Below, in pieces: positions 52,420 through 63,081 of a DNA stretch of 64,000 nucleotides. Each line of letters opens with the position of its first letter. The stretch's first letter is position 1. A program made the position numbers and the translations under genes. The notes below the pieces were generated by a model, which had not been told where the DNA came from, made no database searches, and was given only the letters and a program-made list of their open reading frames with translations. The stretch comes from an uncultured bacterium (GTDB lineage: Bacteria > Oederibacteriota > PGYV01 > CAWJRG01), in NCBI GenBank assembly GCA_963845185.1, contig CAWJRG010000009.1, forward strand, positions 192,001-256,000, read 5' to 3'.

Positions 52420-53277
52420 ATGAAAAATAAATTTTTTTTGAGTGCCTTAATCACCGCATTCATGGCGCTGACGCCAAACATATACTCCTTTTACGAGATG
52501 CCGGATTCAAATACGGTTAAAGAAGGCGGGATAATCAAAATAAAATTAGGGGATGATAAACCTTTAAAAGCCGGGGAAGTGCGTTTTCTCGGGAAAAAAT
52601 ACCCTGTATTTTTCAGGAGCTGGGACAGGAAAGAGGCTTCATACGAATATTTCGCGTTAATACCGGTGCCACTCGGCACGTCGGGCTGGAGAAAGCTTTT
52701 TGTCGGATACAGGGACGCCGATACCGAGGGCGAAAAGCGGGAAATAATAAATATAAGGCAACTTAAACTAAAGACAGTTTACCTTCAGACAGGCATGATA
52801 AATGACACCATGCTGGATGATTTGAGCAAGGAAGGGAAAGAGATTGATATGCTTCAGGAAAAAGTTACCACAGTGAAATTCAGCTTTCCTTTTTTAAAAC
52901 CCATTAAAGGATATGTTACTTCGGACTTTGGTGTGAAAAGGATATACGACAACGGCAAGGCAGGGTGGCCCCACAAAGGCATTGACATAGGCGCCCCTGA
53001 GGGAACCACGGTGGTGGCAGACGCCGATGGCGTGGTGATTGCAGCTTTAACTACCGAAGGGCACGGTAACTTTATAATGATTGACCACGGCGGGGGAGTT
53101 TACACCCTTTACATGCACCTGAAAAATTTGATAGCGAAAAAAGGCGATTTTGTAAAACGCGGGGATGTTGTTGCCACGGTCGGAAATACAGGGCTATCTA
53201 CAGGGCCGCACCTTCACTGGCAGATTAATGTGTTCAGTGTGCCGGTCAACCCGAGGGAATTCCTTGCGGGATTCTGA
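52420..53277 (+). CDS. M23 family metallopeptidase
   Basis: Signal peptide; HKGIDI, YMHL, STGPHLH. Confidence 0.92.
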   Translation: MKNKFFLSALITAFMALTPNIYSFYEMPDSNTVKEGGIIKIKLGDDKPLKAGEVRFLGKKYPVFFRSWDRKEASYEYFALIPVPLGTSGWRKLFVGYRDADTEGEKREIINIRQLKLKTVYLQTGMINDTMLDDLSKEGKEIDMLQEKVTTVKFSFPFLKPIKGYVTSDFGVKRIYDNGKAGWPHKGIDIGAPEGTTVVADADGVVIAALTTEGHGNFIMIDHGGGVYTLYMHLKNLIAKKGDFVKRGDVVATVGNTGLSTGPHLHWQINVFSVPVNPREFLAGF

Positions 53278-53783
53278 TTAAAGTATTTTTCCCAGTGCTT
53301 GAACTTTTTCTGGGATAAAGACAAAGAATATATTATGAATTTAGGCTCAAAAGGGTGCCTTATCAAGCTCATTCCAGCCTCTTTTAACATCCTGTCTCCC
53401 TTTTTGTTATTGCATTCCGGGCAGGCTGTCACGACATTTACCCATTCGTTTTTGCCTTTTTTTGATTTTGGCACTATATGGTCTATCGTGGGTCTGCTGG
53501 AATAAGTCCCGCAATACTGGCACCTGTGGCCGTCCCTCAAGAAAATAGCTTTTTTAGAAAATTTGGGTTTTGTATATGGTTTCCTGATATAGTAAGTTAT
53601 CTGGATTACAGACGGGATTCTTATCTGGGAATTTACAGTATGGACAATCATGCTGCTTTCTTCGATTGGCAATGCTTTTTTTGAGAATAAGAGTTTCAAC
53701 GCCCTGCGGATATTCAAAACTGCGAGAGGTTCAAAAGTGGTATTGAGCAACAATATGCTGGTGTCTGATCGGTCACCATCCAT
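53214..53783 (-). CDS. HNH endonuclease (McrA/HNH_5-like)
   Basis: LLLNTTFEPL, RDGHRCQYCG, TIDHIVPKS, ACPECNNKK; AGGAG RBS. Confidence 0.9.
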   Translation of the reverse strand: MDGDRSDTSILLLNTTFEPLAVLNIRRALKLLFSKKALPIEESSMIVHTVNSQIRIPSVIQITYYIRKPYTKPKFSKKAIFLRDGHRCQYCGTYSSRPTIDHIVPKSKKGKNEWVNVVTACPECNNKKGDRMLKEAGMSLIRHPFEPKFIIYSLSLSQKKFKHWEKYFNQNPARNSLGLTGTLNTLICQ

Positions 53784-53948
53784 TTAACTTCTCCTTTCCT
53801 CAAAATTTACGGATATTCTACAAGAAAATAGTTTTGAAATCAAGGATTTTCCATAAATTATTAATATTTAAAGGGGAAAACCGAGTTTTTTTATCCGGAT
53901 GTTTGTGCCCCCAAAAGGAAAATACTTAAAATCATGGCCTAATTAAAA

Positions 53949-53977
53949 TTGACTTTGATAGGGGAAAAGGGTATAAT
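53949..53977 (+). promoter_or_regulatory. Sigma70 promoter
   Basis: TTGACT-17 nt-TATAAT. Confidence 0.7.
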
Positions 53978-54062
53978 TTAAATATAAGGTCAGGTAAGTT
54001 TTATAAACCGGGTTAGCCGTTATGCGGGCTTTGTGAAAATACTCCATAAACATGGGGGCGGA

Positions 54063-57026
54063 ATGAGAAGAATTTTTAGCATTAATAAGACTGTAAAAAG
54101 AATATTAATATGCATTGCAATCCTCATGGCCGCAGGCCTGGCCATAAATAATAATATTAACGCTGCTGAATATACCATTACCGGTGATGTGTGGGCCGCT
54201 GACGGGACTTCCGGCAATGCTGCGACGGAAAATAGTCTGGCAGGTTTGACAACATTCAGGGTTGGGGACAGCCAGGCAGCTTACCAAATTGAGGGGGAAA
54301 ATTCTAATTGCCCCAATAAAATCTATGGGGCAAGCGGTTCGGAAGTTGCTTATTATTACACTGATGCCGGGTCGCAATGGACGAACAATTCGGTTCAGGC
54401 AGGCCAGACAATAACAGCGATTGTACAGACATACAGCGGCCAGTTTCCCGGCTGTGCCTGGAACGGGAATTCTTATGTAGGAGCTGTGCAGGCAATAGTA
54501 AGCCCCAGCAATATCATCGCAACCCTGACAACCATGCCTCCCATACAACTTCAGCAGATTCCTTCACCTGTGACACAGACCGTAAGCTACAATTTTATAT
54601 CATTGACGTGGACAGGGCTCTCGAATGACCCGAATAACTTAATAACAGGCTACACGGTTTACAGGAGCACGTCAATAGCAGGCACGTACAGCCCGATTTC
54701 GTACACGGCAAATCAGGTAAATGGTGGTACTGTGTCTTTTACAGACTCCGGGGTTTTGCCCGGAAACACGTATTATTATGAAATCGGGGTCAACTATTTG
54801 TGGGATGGCAGTGGCAATACCATAAATTATTATACAAGTTACGCGCTGTCAAATGCAATGTCTGCCACGACGCAAAGCCTGGTAACGTTGACCTTCACAC
54901 CAACACCTACACCTACAATGTCATTAACACCTTCAATAACACAAAACATAATTGAAACAGCAACGCTATCGTCGACACCAACGTTTACCGAAACACAAAC
55001 TCAGGAGGATACGTCTACGGCTACAGTGACGCCGACTTGTACTGCAACTTTAATATCCGGGCAGGCGCCCTGTTTCATCCGCGCATGGGGAACTGGCGGA
55101 ACCGGCAACGGGCAGTTTGAATATCCTGAAGGAATAGCAATAAACAACAGCGGGAACGTGTATGTTGCAGATACAGTTAATGACAGAATTGAGGAGTTCA
55201 GCAGCACGGGAACATATATAACCCAATGGGGCAACCTTGGAACCGGCAATGGGCAATTTAGTGTTCCGTGGGGATTGGCATTAGACAGCAGCGGAAACTT
55301 ATATGTAGAAGAGAGGGATAATAACAGAGTCCAGGAATTCAGCAGTACAGGCGCTTACCTGACGCAATGGGGCATTTTAGGAATCGGCAACGGGCAGTTT
55401 GAATATCCTGAAGGAATAGCATTAGACAGCAGCGGAAACGTATACGTTTCCGACACGAATAATTATAGAATAGAAGAATTCAGCAGTACAGGAACATATA
55501 TAACCCAATGGGGCAACGGACCTGGAACCGGCAACGGGCAGTTTGGAAGCGGGGGCCCTACCGGCATAGCAATAAACAGTAGCGGGGACGTTTATGTTGC
55601 TGATGCAAGCAATGATAGAATTCAAGAATTCAGCAACACAGGCGCATACATAACGCAATGGGGCAGTGCAGGAACCGGCAACGGGCAGTTTTGGATGCCT
55701 GAGGGAGTGGCAGTGGACAGCAATGGAAACATTTATGTTACAGACAGGAGCAATAACAGGATACAGGAATTCAGCAGTACAGAAACATATATAACGCAAT
55801 GGGGCAGTGGAGGAACTGGCAACGGGCAGTTTAATTGGCCTATGGGCATAGCGATAGACATCAGTGGGGACGTGTATGTTGTAGACTATGGTAATGACAG
55901 AATAGAAGAATTCGGCGTATGCGGAAGCCCTACGCCGACATCTACAGTCAATATCAGTTTATTGACAACATCACCTACATCATCGCAGACATTGACGCCG
56001 ACTATGTCATGGACAGTATCACCTGTAGTTACAGTAACGTCAACAAATACATTCTGTTCCTGTAGCCCTACATTTACTTCGACGTATACGGTGACAAAGA
56101 CAAACACAATAACGCCGACATATGCATGCTGGTGTATTGATAGCGCAACAATAACACCTACGTTTACATTGACGTCTACGTATACGGCGACAGGAACAAA
56201 CACTGCAACGTGGACAATGACAGATACGGCAACAAATACGTCGACATACACAAACACTACATCACCGACGCCTACATACACGCAGACAGTGACATACACA
56301 AGCACGGATACGGTGACATACACGGATACAGTGACGCCGACATACACGATAACAATGACATATACAGTAGGGATAATGTCCGCGACGTTCACGCCGACGG
56401 CAACGCCGACATATACAATTACAGACACATTTACCTACACAATAACGCCTACTTCTTCCAATACTGAGGCATTAACTTTTACAACAACACCAACGGTGAC
56501 ATGTACAAATACAGCCACGCTTACCTGCACAACGACACTTACAATAACACCTACTTTTTCCAATACTGCGACTTTGACTTTTACGATAACGCCTACATTT
56601 ACTTATACAGTTACAAGTACTCCTTCGTGGACAACCCAGACTTTCACAGTCACGGCAACTAATACACTGACATTCGCATGGACTCCGACGCCGACGGCTG
56701 TCCCGACCCAATCTGTAGCAAAAATACTTAACCCGATAATTTACCCCAACCCTTATGACCCAGCAGGCAACGGGGATTTATGGATAAAATTGCAGCTTAC
56801 GCAGGGAGTTCAAAATATCAGCCTGAAAATCTACACCGTGGCTTTCAGGCTGGTAAAAGAAGAAACCTGGGATGGTAATTTCCAGGCAGGCGAAATAGAA
56901 GAAGGAATTATGCCGGGTGAAATCAAAAACCTTGCAAACGGCACGTATTTTTTCCTGATAACGGCTGAAACATGGGATGGGAAGACAATAAAAGGCAAGC
57001 CAGAAACGATTATTATATTAAGGTAA
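54063..57026 (+). CDS. Secreted FN3-like plus NHL propeller protein with long Thr-rich stalk and T9SS-type C-terminal domain
   Basis: Signal peptide; LTW...GYTVYRS...YYYEI; 6 NHL repeats; T/P-rich region; IYPNP...KIYTVAFRLVK...LANGTYF. Confidence 0.85.
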   Translation: MRRIFSINKTVKRILICIAILMAAGLAINNNINAAEYTITGDVWAADGTSGNAATENSLAGLTTFRVGDSQAAYQIEGENSNCPNKIYGASGSEVAYYYTDAGSQWTNNSVQAGQTITAIVQTYSGQFPGCAWNGNSYVGAVQAIVSPSNIIATLTTMPPIQLQQIPSPVTQTVSYNFISLTWTGLSNDPNNLITGYTVYRSTSIAGTYSPISYTANQVNGGTVSFTDSGVLPGNTYYYEIGVNYLWDGSGNTINYYTSYALSNAMSATTQSLVTLTFTPTPTPTMSLTPSITQNIIETATLSSTPTFTETQTQEDTSTATVTPTCTATLISGQAPCFIRAWGTGGTGNGQFEYPEGIAINNSGNVYVADTVNDRIEEFSSTGTYITQWGNLGTGNGQFSVPWGLALDSSGNLYVEERDNNRVQEFSSTGAYLTQWGILGIGNGQFEYPEGIALDSSGNVYVSDTNNYRIEEFSSTGTYITQWGNGPGTGNGQFGSGGPTGIAINSSGDVYVADASNDRIQEFSNTGAYITQWGSAGTGNGQFWMPEGVAVDSNGNIYVTDRSNNRIQEFSSTETYITQWGSGGTGNGQFNWPMGIAIDISGDVYVVDYGNDRIEEFGVCGSPTPTSTVNISLLTTSPTSSQTLTPTMSWTVSPVVTVTSTNTFCSCSPTFTSTYTVTKTNTITPTYACWCIDSATITPTFTLTSTYTATGTNTATWTMTDTATNTSTYTNTTSPTPTYTQTVTYTSTDTVTYTDTVTPTYTITMTYTVGIMSATFTPTATPTYTITDTFTYTITPTSSNTEALTFTTTPTVTCTNTATLTCTTTLTITPTFSNTATLTFTITPTFTYTVTSTPSWTTQTFTVTATNTLTFAWTPTPTAVPTQSVAKILNPIIYPNPYDPAGNGDLWIKLQLTQGVQNISLKIYTVAFRLVKEETWDGNFQAGEIEEGIMPGEIKNLANGTYFFLITAETWDGKTIKGKPETIIILR

Positions 57027-57176
57027 AACCTGCATTTTAACCGACCTTTTTGAACTCATTTTAATACCAAAATGACAATTTTTATGTTTTTTGTTGACTA
57101 TTTATATTCGCAAAGCGTATAATTCCCCCTGATCTAAAAATTTCCCTATACAGGGATGAAATTCGAGGTGGCGTCA

Positions 57177-57731
57177 ATGGAAAAAAATATAAAGCAGGTC
57201 GCGACGCGGATCAAGGCGCTGCGGGAGATTGAAGGGGAGTCTGTCGAGGCCCTGGCAAAAGCATTCAAGATTTCAAAAGCCGAGTACGAGAGCTATGAAA
57301 GCGGCAAAGCCGACATACCGATCAGTTTTCTGTATGAATTCTCAAACCGCTTCAGTGTGGAGCTTACCGCGCTTCTGACAGGCGAAGAGCCTCATATGCA
57401 GGCATACAGCCTTGTGCGTAAGGGCAAAGGGCCGAAAGTAGAGCGCAGCAAGGAATACAGGCACCAGGACCTTGCTTATAACTTTAAACACAAGAAACTG
57501 GAGGTGTTTGAGGTGACAGTTGACCCTAAAAAAGGCAATAAACCCAGTCATTTTAACACGCACCCGGGGCAGGAATTCAATTACTGCCTGAAAGGAAAGC
57601 TCAAAATATTTATCGGAAAAAATGAAATGATATTAAACCCGGGAGATTCGCTTTATTTTGATTCGGGCATAGAACACGCTATGGCAGCGCTGGGCAATAA
57701 GCCGGCTAAATTCATAGCAGTTATATCATAG
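57177..57731 (+). CDS. XRE HTH plus cupin transcriptional regulator
   Basis: YESGKADIP HTH; HPGQEFNY...GDSLYFDS..H. Confidence 0.9.
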   Translation: MEKNIKQVATRIKALREIEGESVEALAKAFKISKAEYESYESGKADIPISFLYEFSNRFSVELTALLTGEEPHMQAYSLVRKGKGPKVERSKEYRHQDLAYNFKHKKLEVFEVTVDPKKGNKPSHFNTHPGQEFNYCLKGKLKIFIGKNEMILNPGDSLYFDSGIEHAMAALGNKPAKFIAVIS

Positions 57732-57743
57732 GGAGGGTGGACA

Positions 57744-59429
57744 ATGGCAGACAACAATAACCCGCAGGGAAAATCACTACTGGATATTTACGCTCCTGAA
57801 GAATTTTCATCATACGAAGATTTTATAAAAAGATTTAAGATCAACGTGCCGGGTAATTTTAACTTTGGCTTTGACGTAGTCGACGAAATGGCAAAAAGGG
57901 CGCCAGAGTAGAAGGCCCTTGTCTGGCGCGACGAAAAAGGCGCAAGCGCGGAATTTACATTCGGCGAAATGAAGAAACTCAGCGACAAGGCGGCAAACGC
58001 ACTTAAGAAGATAGGCATAAAAAAAGGCGATGTTGTAATGCTCATATTAAAGCGCAGGTACGAGTTCTGGTACATATCGACGGCGCTGCACAAGATAGGC
58101 GCAGCATGCATACCGGCGACGCACCTGCTTACGGTAAAGGACCTGAAATACCGTAACAATGCGGCAGGCATAAAAATGATAATAAGCGTGAGCGATAAAA
58201 AAGTAATGGATTTTATTGACGAGTCGCAGAAAGATTCGCCGACGCTAAAGCTCAAGGCGTGCATATGCGAGGACAGGCCGGGCTGGATAAACATGACAAA
58301 AGAGATAGAAGCAGCAAGCGAGGATTTCCCGAGGCCAAAAGGGAAAGAAGCCACCAAGAACGAGGATATATTCCTGCTTTATTTCACATCCGGAACCACG
58401 GGCATGCCGAAGATGGTAAGGCATAATTTCACATACCCGCTGGGGCATATACCGACGGCAAAGTACTGGCAGTGCGTGCAGCCAGGCGGACTGCATTTTA
58501 CAGTGGCTGACACGGGCTGGGCAAAAGCGGCATGGGGCAAGATTTACGGCCAGTGGATATGCGGGACCGCAGTAATGGTTTACGATTACGACAGGTTTGT
58601 TCCGAAAGATATGTGCAACATAATAGCAAGCTGCGGGGTGACGACTTTCTGCGCGCCGCCCACGATATTCCGGTACCTGATAAAAGAAGACCTGAGCCAG
58701 TATGACTGGAGCAGGCTGAAATACTGCGTCACGGCAGGCGAGCCGCTGAACCCGGAGGTATATACCCAGTTTTTAAAACTTACAGGGCACAGGCTAATGG
58801 AAGGTTTTGGCCAGACTGAATGCACGGTCGCGATAGCAACATACCCGTGGATCGAGCCAAAGCCTGGCTCAATGGGAAAGCCGACGTCGGGATATGACAT
58901 GGACCTTTTTGATGAAAATGGCAAGCCCTGCGAAACAGGCGAGGAAGGCCAGATAGTAATAAAGACAGACAAGCGCATGCCTGTAGGCATGTTTGACGGA
59001 TACTACAAGGACGAGGCGCTGACGAACAAGATGTGGCATGACGGGGCCTATTACACCGGAGACGTGGCTTTCCGGGACCAGGACGGTTATTACTGGTTCG
59101 TGGGCAGGGCAGACGACTGCTTTAAGAGCTCAGGTTACCGCATAGGGCCTTTTGAAATAGAAAGCGCGTTGCTGGAGCACCCGGCCGTGCTTGAGTGCGC
59201 GGTCACAGGAGTACCAGACCCTGACCGGGGCCTGGCAGTCAAGGCAACCGTGGTGCTTACGAAAAACTACACGGCGTCAGACGCGCTTGTAAAAGAGCTG
59301 CAGGAACACGTGAAAAAAGTTACTGCGCCGTACAAATACCCGCGAATAATTGAATTTGTAAATGAACTCCCGAAAACCATAAGCGGGAAAATAAGGAGAG
59401 TAGAAATCAGAAGGGGAAAATCAGAATAG
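57744..59429 (+). pseudogene. Acyl-CoA synthetase (AMP-binding) with in-frame TAG at codon 56
   Basis: Conserved N-terminus (VPGNFNFGFDVVD) in frame across TAG 57909-57911; [25 protein letters not shown]. Confidence 0.85.
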
Positions 59430-59595
59430 AGCGGAAATATAGATAAAAAATACATATTTAATACAGCGATTTTTCGAGACTAACAGGAAAAAGATGGACA
59501 AAACTGACAAATATAGGGTAAAATGCTTTAGAATATTGAAGAATAGATACAGTAATTAGAAATTTTATTTTTCAAGATATAAAGGAGGTTGCAAA

Positions 59596-60405
59596 ATGCG
59601 AAAAAAAATACCTGTTATAATTTGCGGGCTTGTTCTGATGATATTTTGTTTTTCAGTTTTAAAAGCAGGTTCACATGTAATATTTTCGGATGAAGCAACT
59701 CCCGCGCCGTCAGCGGAGCCTATTTTTAATATCAGTGTTTCAGGCGGTTATACATACGCTTCTATGGCAAAAGTAAATAGTGTACTGCAAAATGACCAGA
59801 ATGCCGCGAATGGCGGCATTTTAAATACGGGGAGTAATGCTTTTTATGTAGCCCTGGATATAAACTTTCCGGTATTTAATGGTATCAAAATAGGCCCGAG
59901 GATAGAATATATAAATGTTTTTGAGGGTAACTATAAAGATGTAAATACAACCTGGGGAGTAAACGATTGGGATGATTTTGGTGCGTCAATGATTCCTATA
60001 TATCTGGGGATAAGTTATTCCTATGGTTTTGGCGATACCCCGCTTTCAGTCGCCGGCGGAATATATGGAGGGTGCGGCTTTGCAAACGGTTATAGGAATA
60101 TAAATGTCACTTTGTTGAATGTTAATTTGGCATCGGGTGATATACCTCTTTACGGCTCGGCTTTTGCGGGGGAAATACTTTTAAGCGGCGATTATAATTT
60201 TTCAAAAAACATTTCGCTGAGCCTTAATTTCGGATACAGGCTTGCAGATGTTTCACAGATGCAAGCATCAAACAGCGTATATATCAGTAATAAAATTACT
60301 ATAAATAAGGGAGAGACACTAAAGGTTAATCTCAATAGCGGTGATAATATATCATTTGATTACAGCGGCGTGCTGGCGGGTTTGTCTTTACGGTTCGGTT
60401 TTTAA
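59596..60405 (+). CDS. Outer-membrane beta-barrel protein
   Basis: Signal peptide, amphipathic strands, terminal LRFGF. Confidence 0.75.
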   Translation: MRKKIPVIICGLVLMIFCFSVLKAGSHVIFSDEATPAPSAEPIFNISVSGGYTYASMAKVNSVLQNDQNAANGGILNTGSNAFYVALDINFPVFNGIKIGPRIEYINVFEGNYKDVNTTWGVNDWDDFGASMIPIYLGISYSYGFGDTPLSVAGGIYGGCGFANGYRNINVTLLNVNLASGDIPLYGSAFAGEILLSGDYNFSKNISLSLNFGYRLADVSQMQASNSVYISNKITINKGETLKVNLNSGDNISFDYSGVLAGLSLRFGF

Positions 60406-60535
60406 ATCAATAAAAACCATATAATTTTAAAGAATTTTCAGAATTATCTTTTCGCGTATAACCTCTTTGATTGCGCCATAATGGTTAAACAAAAAAAGGA
60501 ATAATTTGAATTTACAATTTACAGGAGGAACAAAG

Positions 60536-61990
60536 ATGAAGAAACGTATAATTATTATCATGGCGGTTTTTATAATGGCAGCGGCTGTACGCGCCGCGGA
60601 TAAAGACAGCTATGAAGCCCTAAAGCCATTGATGGAAGTTTATTCAATAATCCAGGACGCTTACGTGGACGAGGACAAGACGAATCCAAAAGACCTTGTA
60701 AACGGGGCAATGAAGGGCATGGTGGAAAAACTTGACCCGTTTTCGCAGTACCTTGACCAGCAGGCGTATAAAGACATGCAGCAGGATACAAAAGGGGAAT
60801 TTGGAGGACTGGGCATTGAAATATCTGTCAAAGACGGGCAGCTTCTGGTGGTTGCGCCGATAGAAGACACGCCTGCCTATAAAATAGGGATAAAAGCCGG
60901 GGATAAGATTATAAAAATAGAAGGAGACTCGACTGAAGGCATAGAAGTAATGGATGCCGTGCACAAGCTAAGGGGCACTCCCGGTACGAAAGTGACCATT
61001 ACAATACTGCGCGGCCTGGACCCGACCCCGAAAGATATAACAATCACAAGAGAGATTATCCATGTCGAAACCGTAAGATACAGCATGATCGGCGATGATG
61101 TGGGATATTTGAGAATCAATGAATTCATGGGTGACGGCTCAGTTGCAGTAGCCAAGGCGCTTGATACTTTTAACAAGCATGACATCAAGAAACTCATTAT
61201 CGATTTGAGGGATAATCCCGGAGGATTGCTTGACGAAGCAGTAAAAATTGCCGGTTATTTTTTGCCAAAGGACACTCTTGTGGTTTACACGGAAGGGCGG
61301 GTAAAAGACAAGGGCCTGAAATTCAAATCAGACTCGCCCGAGCTTTACACGGGCAAAATAGTCGTTCTGATAGACAGGGGGTCTGCTTCGGCATCCGAAA
61401 TTTTATCAGGCGCGCTGCAGGACTGGAACAGGGCTGTTATTGTCGGAACAAAATCATTCGGAAAAGGTTCGGTGCAGACAATAATACCGCTCTCGGATAA
61501 TTCCGCCATAAGGCTTACAACCGCGCAGTACATGACGCCAAAAGGCAGGAAAATCCACGGGGTCGGCATAGAGCCCGACATTACCCTGGAGGAGCAGACG
61601 GCGTCGAGTTTTACCTTATCCCTGTTTGAAAAAAATTATTTTGAGGAATTTGCGGGCAGGTATTTAAAAGAGCATCCCGAGGGGCTGGTTAAGGAAGAAA
61701 AAACAGAATCCAAAAAAGTATCGGAATCGGACATAAAGGTTTTATTCAAAAAAAGCGCGGACGACAAACTTTTTGACGATTTTAAGGAAATGCTGGAAGG
61801 CAAAAACGTGGAGATAAAAACGCCAGAGTTCCTCGCCGACAGGGACATAATACTTAAGCAGATAAAAATAGAGATTGCCAGGAAACAAAAGGGCAGCGGG
61901 GAAGCAAGGCGCGTAGAGATAGAAAACGACCAGCAGGTAAAAAGGGCTATAGATATATTGAATACGATGAATAAACTGTCGGCTAAATAA
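60536..61990 (+). CDS. ctpA: Carboxy-terminal processing protease (S41)
   Basis: LDPFS, GLGI PDZ, DLRDNPGG, SASASEI, FGKGSVQ. Confidence 0.93.
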   Translation: MKKRIIIIMAVFIMAAAVRAADKDSYEALKPLMEVYSIIQDAYVDEDKTNPKDLVNGAMKGMVEKLDPFSQYLDQQAYKDMQQDTKGEFGGLGIEISVKDGQLLVVAPIEDTPAYKIGIKAGDKIIKIEGDSTEGIEVMDAVHKLRGTPGTKVTITILRGLDPTPKDITITREIIHVETVRYSMIGDDVGYLRINEFMGDGSVAVAKALDTFNKHDIKKLIIDLRDNPGGLLDEAVKIAGYFLPKDTLVVYTEGRVKDKGLKFKSDSPELYTGKIVVLIDRGSASASEILSGALQDWNRAVIVGTKSFGKGSVQTIIPLSDNSAIRLTTAQYMTPKGRKIHGVGIEPDITLEEQTASSFTLSLFEKNYFEEFAGRYLKEHPEGLVKEEKTESKKVSESDIKVLFKKSADDKLFDDFKEMLEGKNVEIKTPEFLADRDIILKQIKIEIARKQKGSGEARRVEIENDQQVKRAIDILNTMNKLSAK

Positions 61991-61994
61991 TTAC

Positions 61995-63071
61995 ATGAAA
62001 AAGAAGGACTTAAGCCCGTATATCTCAGCAACAGCGCTTGTTTTAATTATTTGCCTTATTTTTATGCTGTATAACAAGTTCTTCCGCATAAAGCCGCCCG
62101 AGGAAATAACCGCTATAAATTCCGAAATTGAAAGAATACTTTTAAAGGAAATACTGATAGACCCTTTGCTTGTCGTATCCAAAAACACCTCTAAAAATGA
62201 GGGGTTTTTCAGTTTTGAAAGGATGCAGTATGAGGTGAGGCTACCTTACAGGTACAAAAAAGAGGATTTGAAAAATATTTTTTCCGGTTTCGCAGCAAAG
62301 CACGGGATGAACATAGTTTTGAAAGAGGAAAATAACAACGGCATAAAAAAAACCCATGTTTTATTTAAATTCAGCGGGACCATAATTGCCGCAATTGATT
62401 TTATATCGGACGACAAGCCTAAAATAGCAATAATTCTCGATGACTGGGGATATAATGACAACGACATGGGTTATCTTGAAAAAATAAAAGCGCCGTTGAG
62501 CATCGCGATTTTCCCGGAACTTAAATATACAAAGGTTATAGCGGAATTTGCAAACAAGGAAAGCAAAGAGGTGATACTGCACCTGCCGCTCCAGCCCAAA
62601 AGGAACATGCCGCTTGTAAAAGGAACGATAAAAGCCAACATGAGCGCAGGCGAAATACAATATACGATGGACAAGGAAATCCAGTCATTGCCTTTTGTCC
62701 GCGGGGTAAATAACCACGAGGGCTCGCTTGTCACTGAAAAAGAAAGCGCAATGCAAAAAATAATCGCAGTTTTAAAGGAGAAAAATTTGTTTTTTATAGA
62801 CAGCGTCACGACCGGGAAATCAGTTGCTGCGAAAGTCGCGGCAGACGCAGGCGTGAAGGTTAATAAAAGGGATATTTTTCTTGATAATGAAACAAATGCT
62901 TCGTATATACAGGGACAGCTTGACCAGGCAAAGGCACTGGCCAAATCAAGAGGATACGCCATAGCAATAGGCCATGACAAGCCTGCAACCCTGAAGGTAC
63001 TTCTGGACAACATTCCACTGCTTGAGCAGCAGGGTTTTGAGTTCGTTTACGCGGCAGAGGTCGTTTATTAA
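61995..63071 (+). CDS. Divergent polysaccharide deacetylase (YibQ-like)
   Basis: AIILDDWG, LHLPLQP, NNHEGS, FIDS.T, RDIFLD, AIGH. Confidence 0.9.
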   Translation: MKKKDLSPYISATALVLIICLIFMLYNKFFRIKPPEEITAINSEIERILLKEILIDPLLVVSKNTSKNEGFFSFERMQYEVRLPYRYKKEDLKNIFSGFAAKHGMNIVLKEENNNGIKKTHVLFKFSGTIIAAIDFISDDKPKIAIILDDWGYNDNDMGYLEKIKAPLSIAIFPELKYTKVIAEFANKESKEVILHLPLQPKRNMPLVKGTIKANMSAGEIQYTMDKEIQSLPFVRGVNNHEGSLVTEKESAMQKIIAVLKEKNLFFIDSVTTGKSVAAKVAADAGVKVNKRDIFLDNETNASYIQGQLDQAKALAKSRGYAIAIGHDKPATLKVLLDNIPLLEQQGFEFVYAAEVVY

Positions 63072-63081
63072 AGGGGGATGC

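Noticed and set aside
53980..54062. Riboswitch in the leader of the NHL/FN3 gene
   Set aside because: No recognisable aptamer motif or terminator
23588..55925. Diversity-generating retroelement acting on the NHL repeats
   Set aside because: No reverse transcriptase or template repeat in the window, and differences are not visibly restricted to adenines
55886..56428. Val-rich minus-strand ORFs (also 25399-25833, 24533-25324 and others)
   Set aside because: Antisense shadows of Thr-rich or repeat-coding regions and of conserved + strand genes
57909..57911. Genome-wide TAG reassignment
   Set aside because: TAG ends several genes at the expected position (for example 6128, 51344, 57731, 59429)
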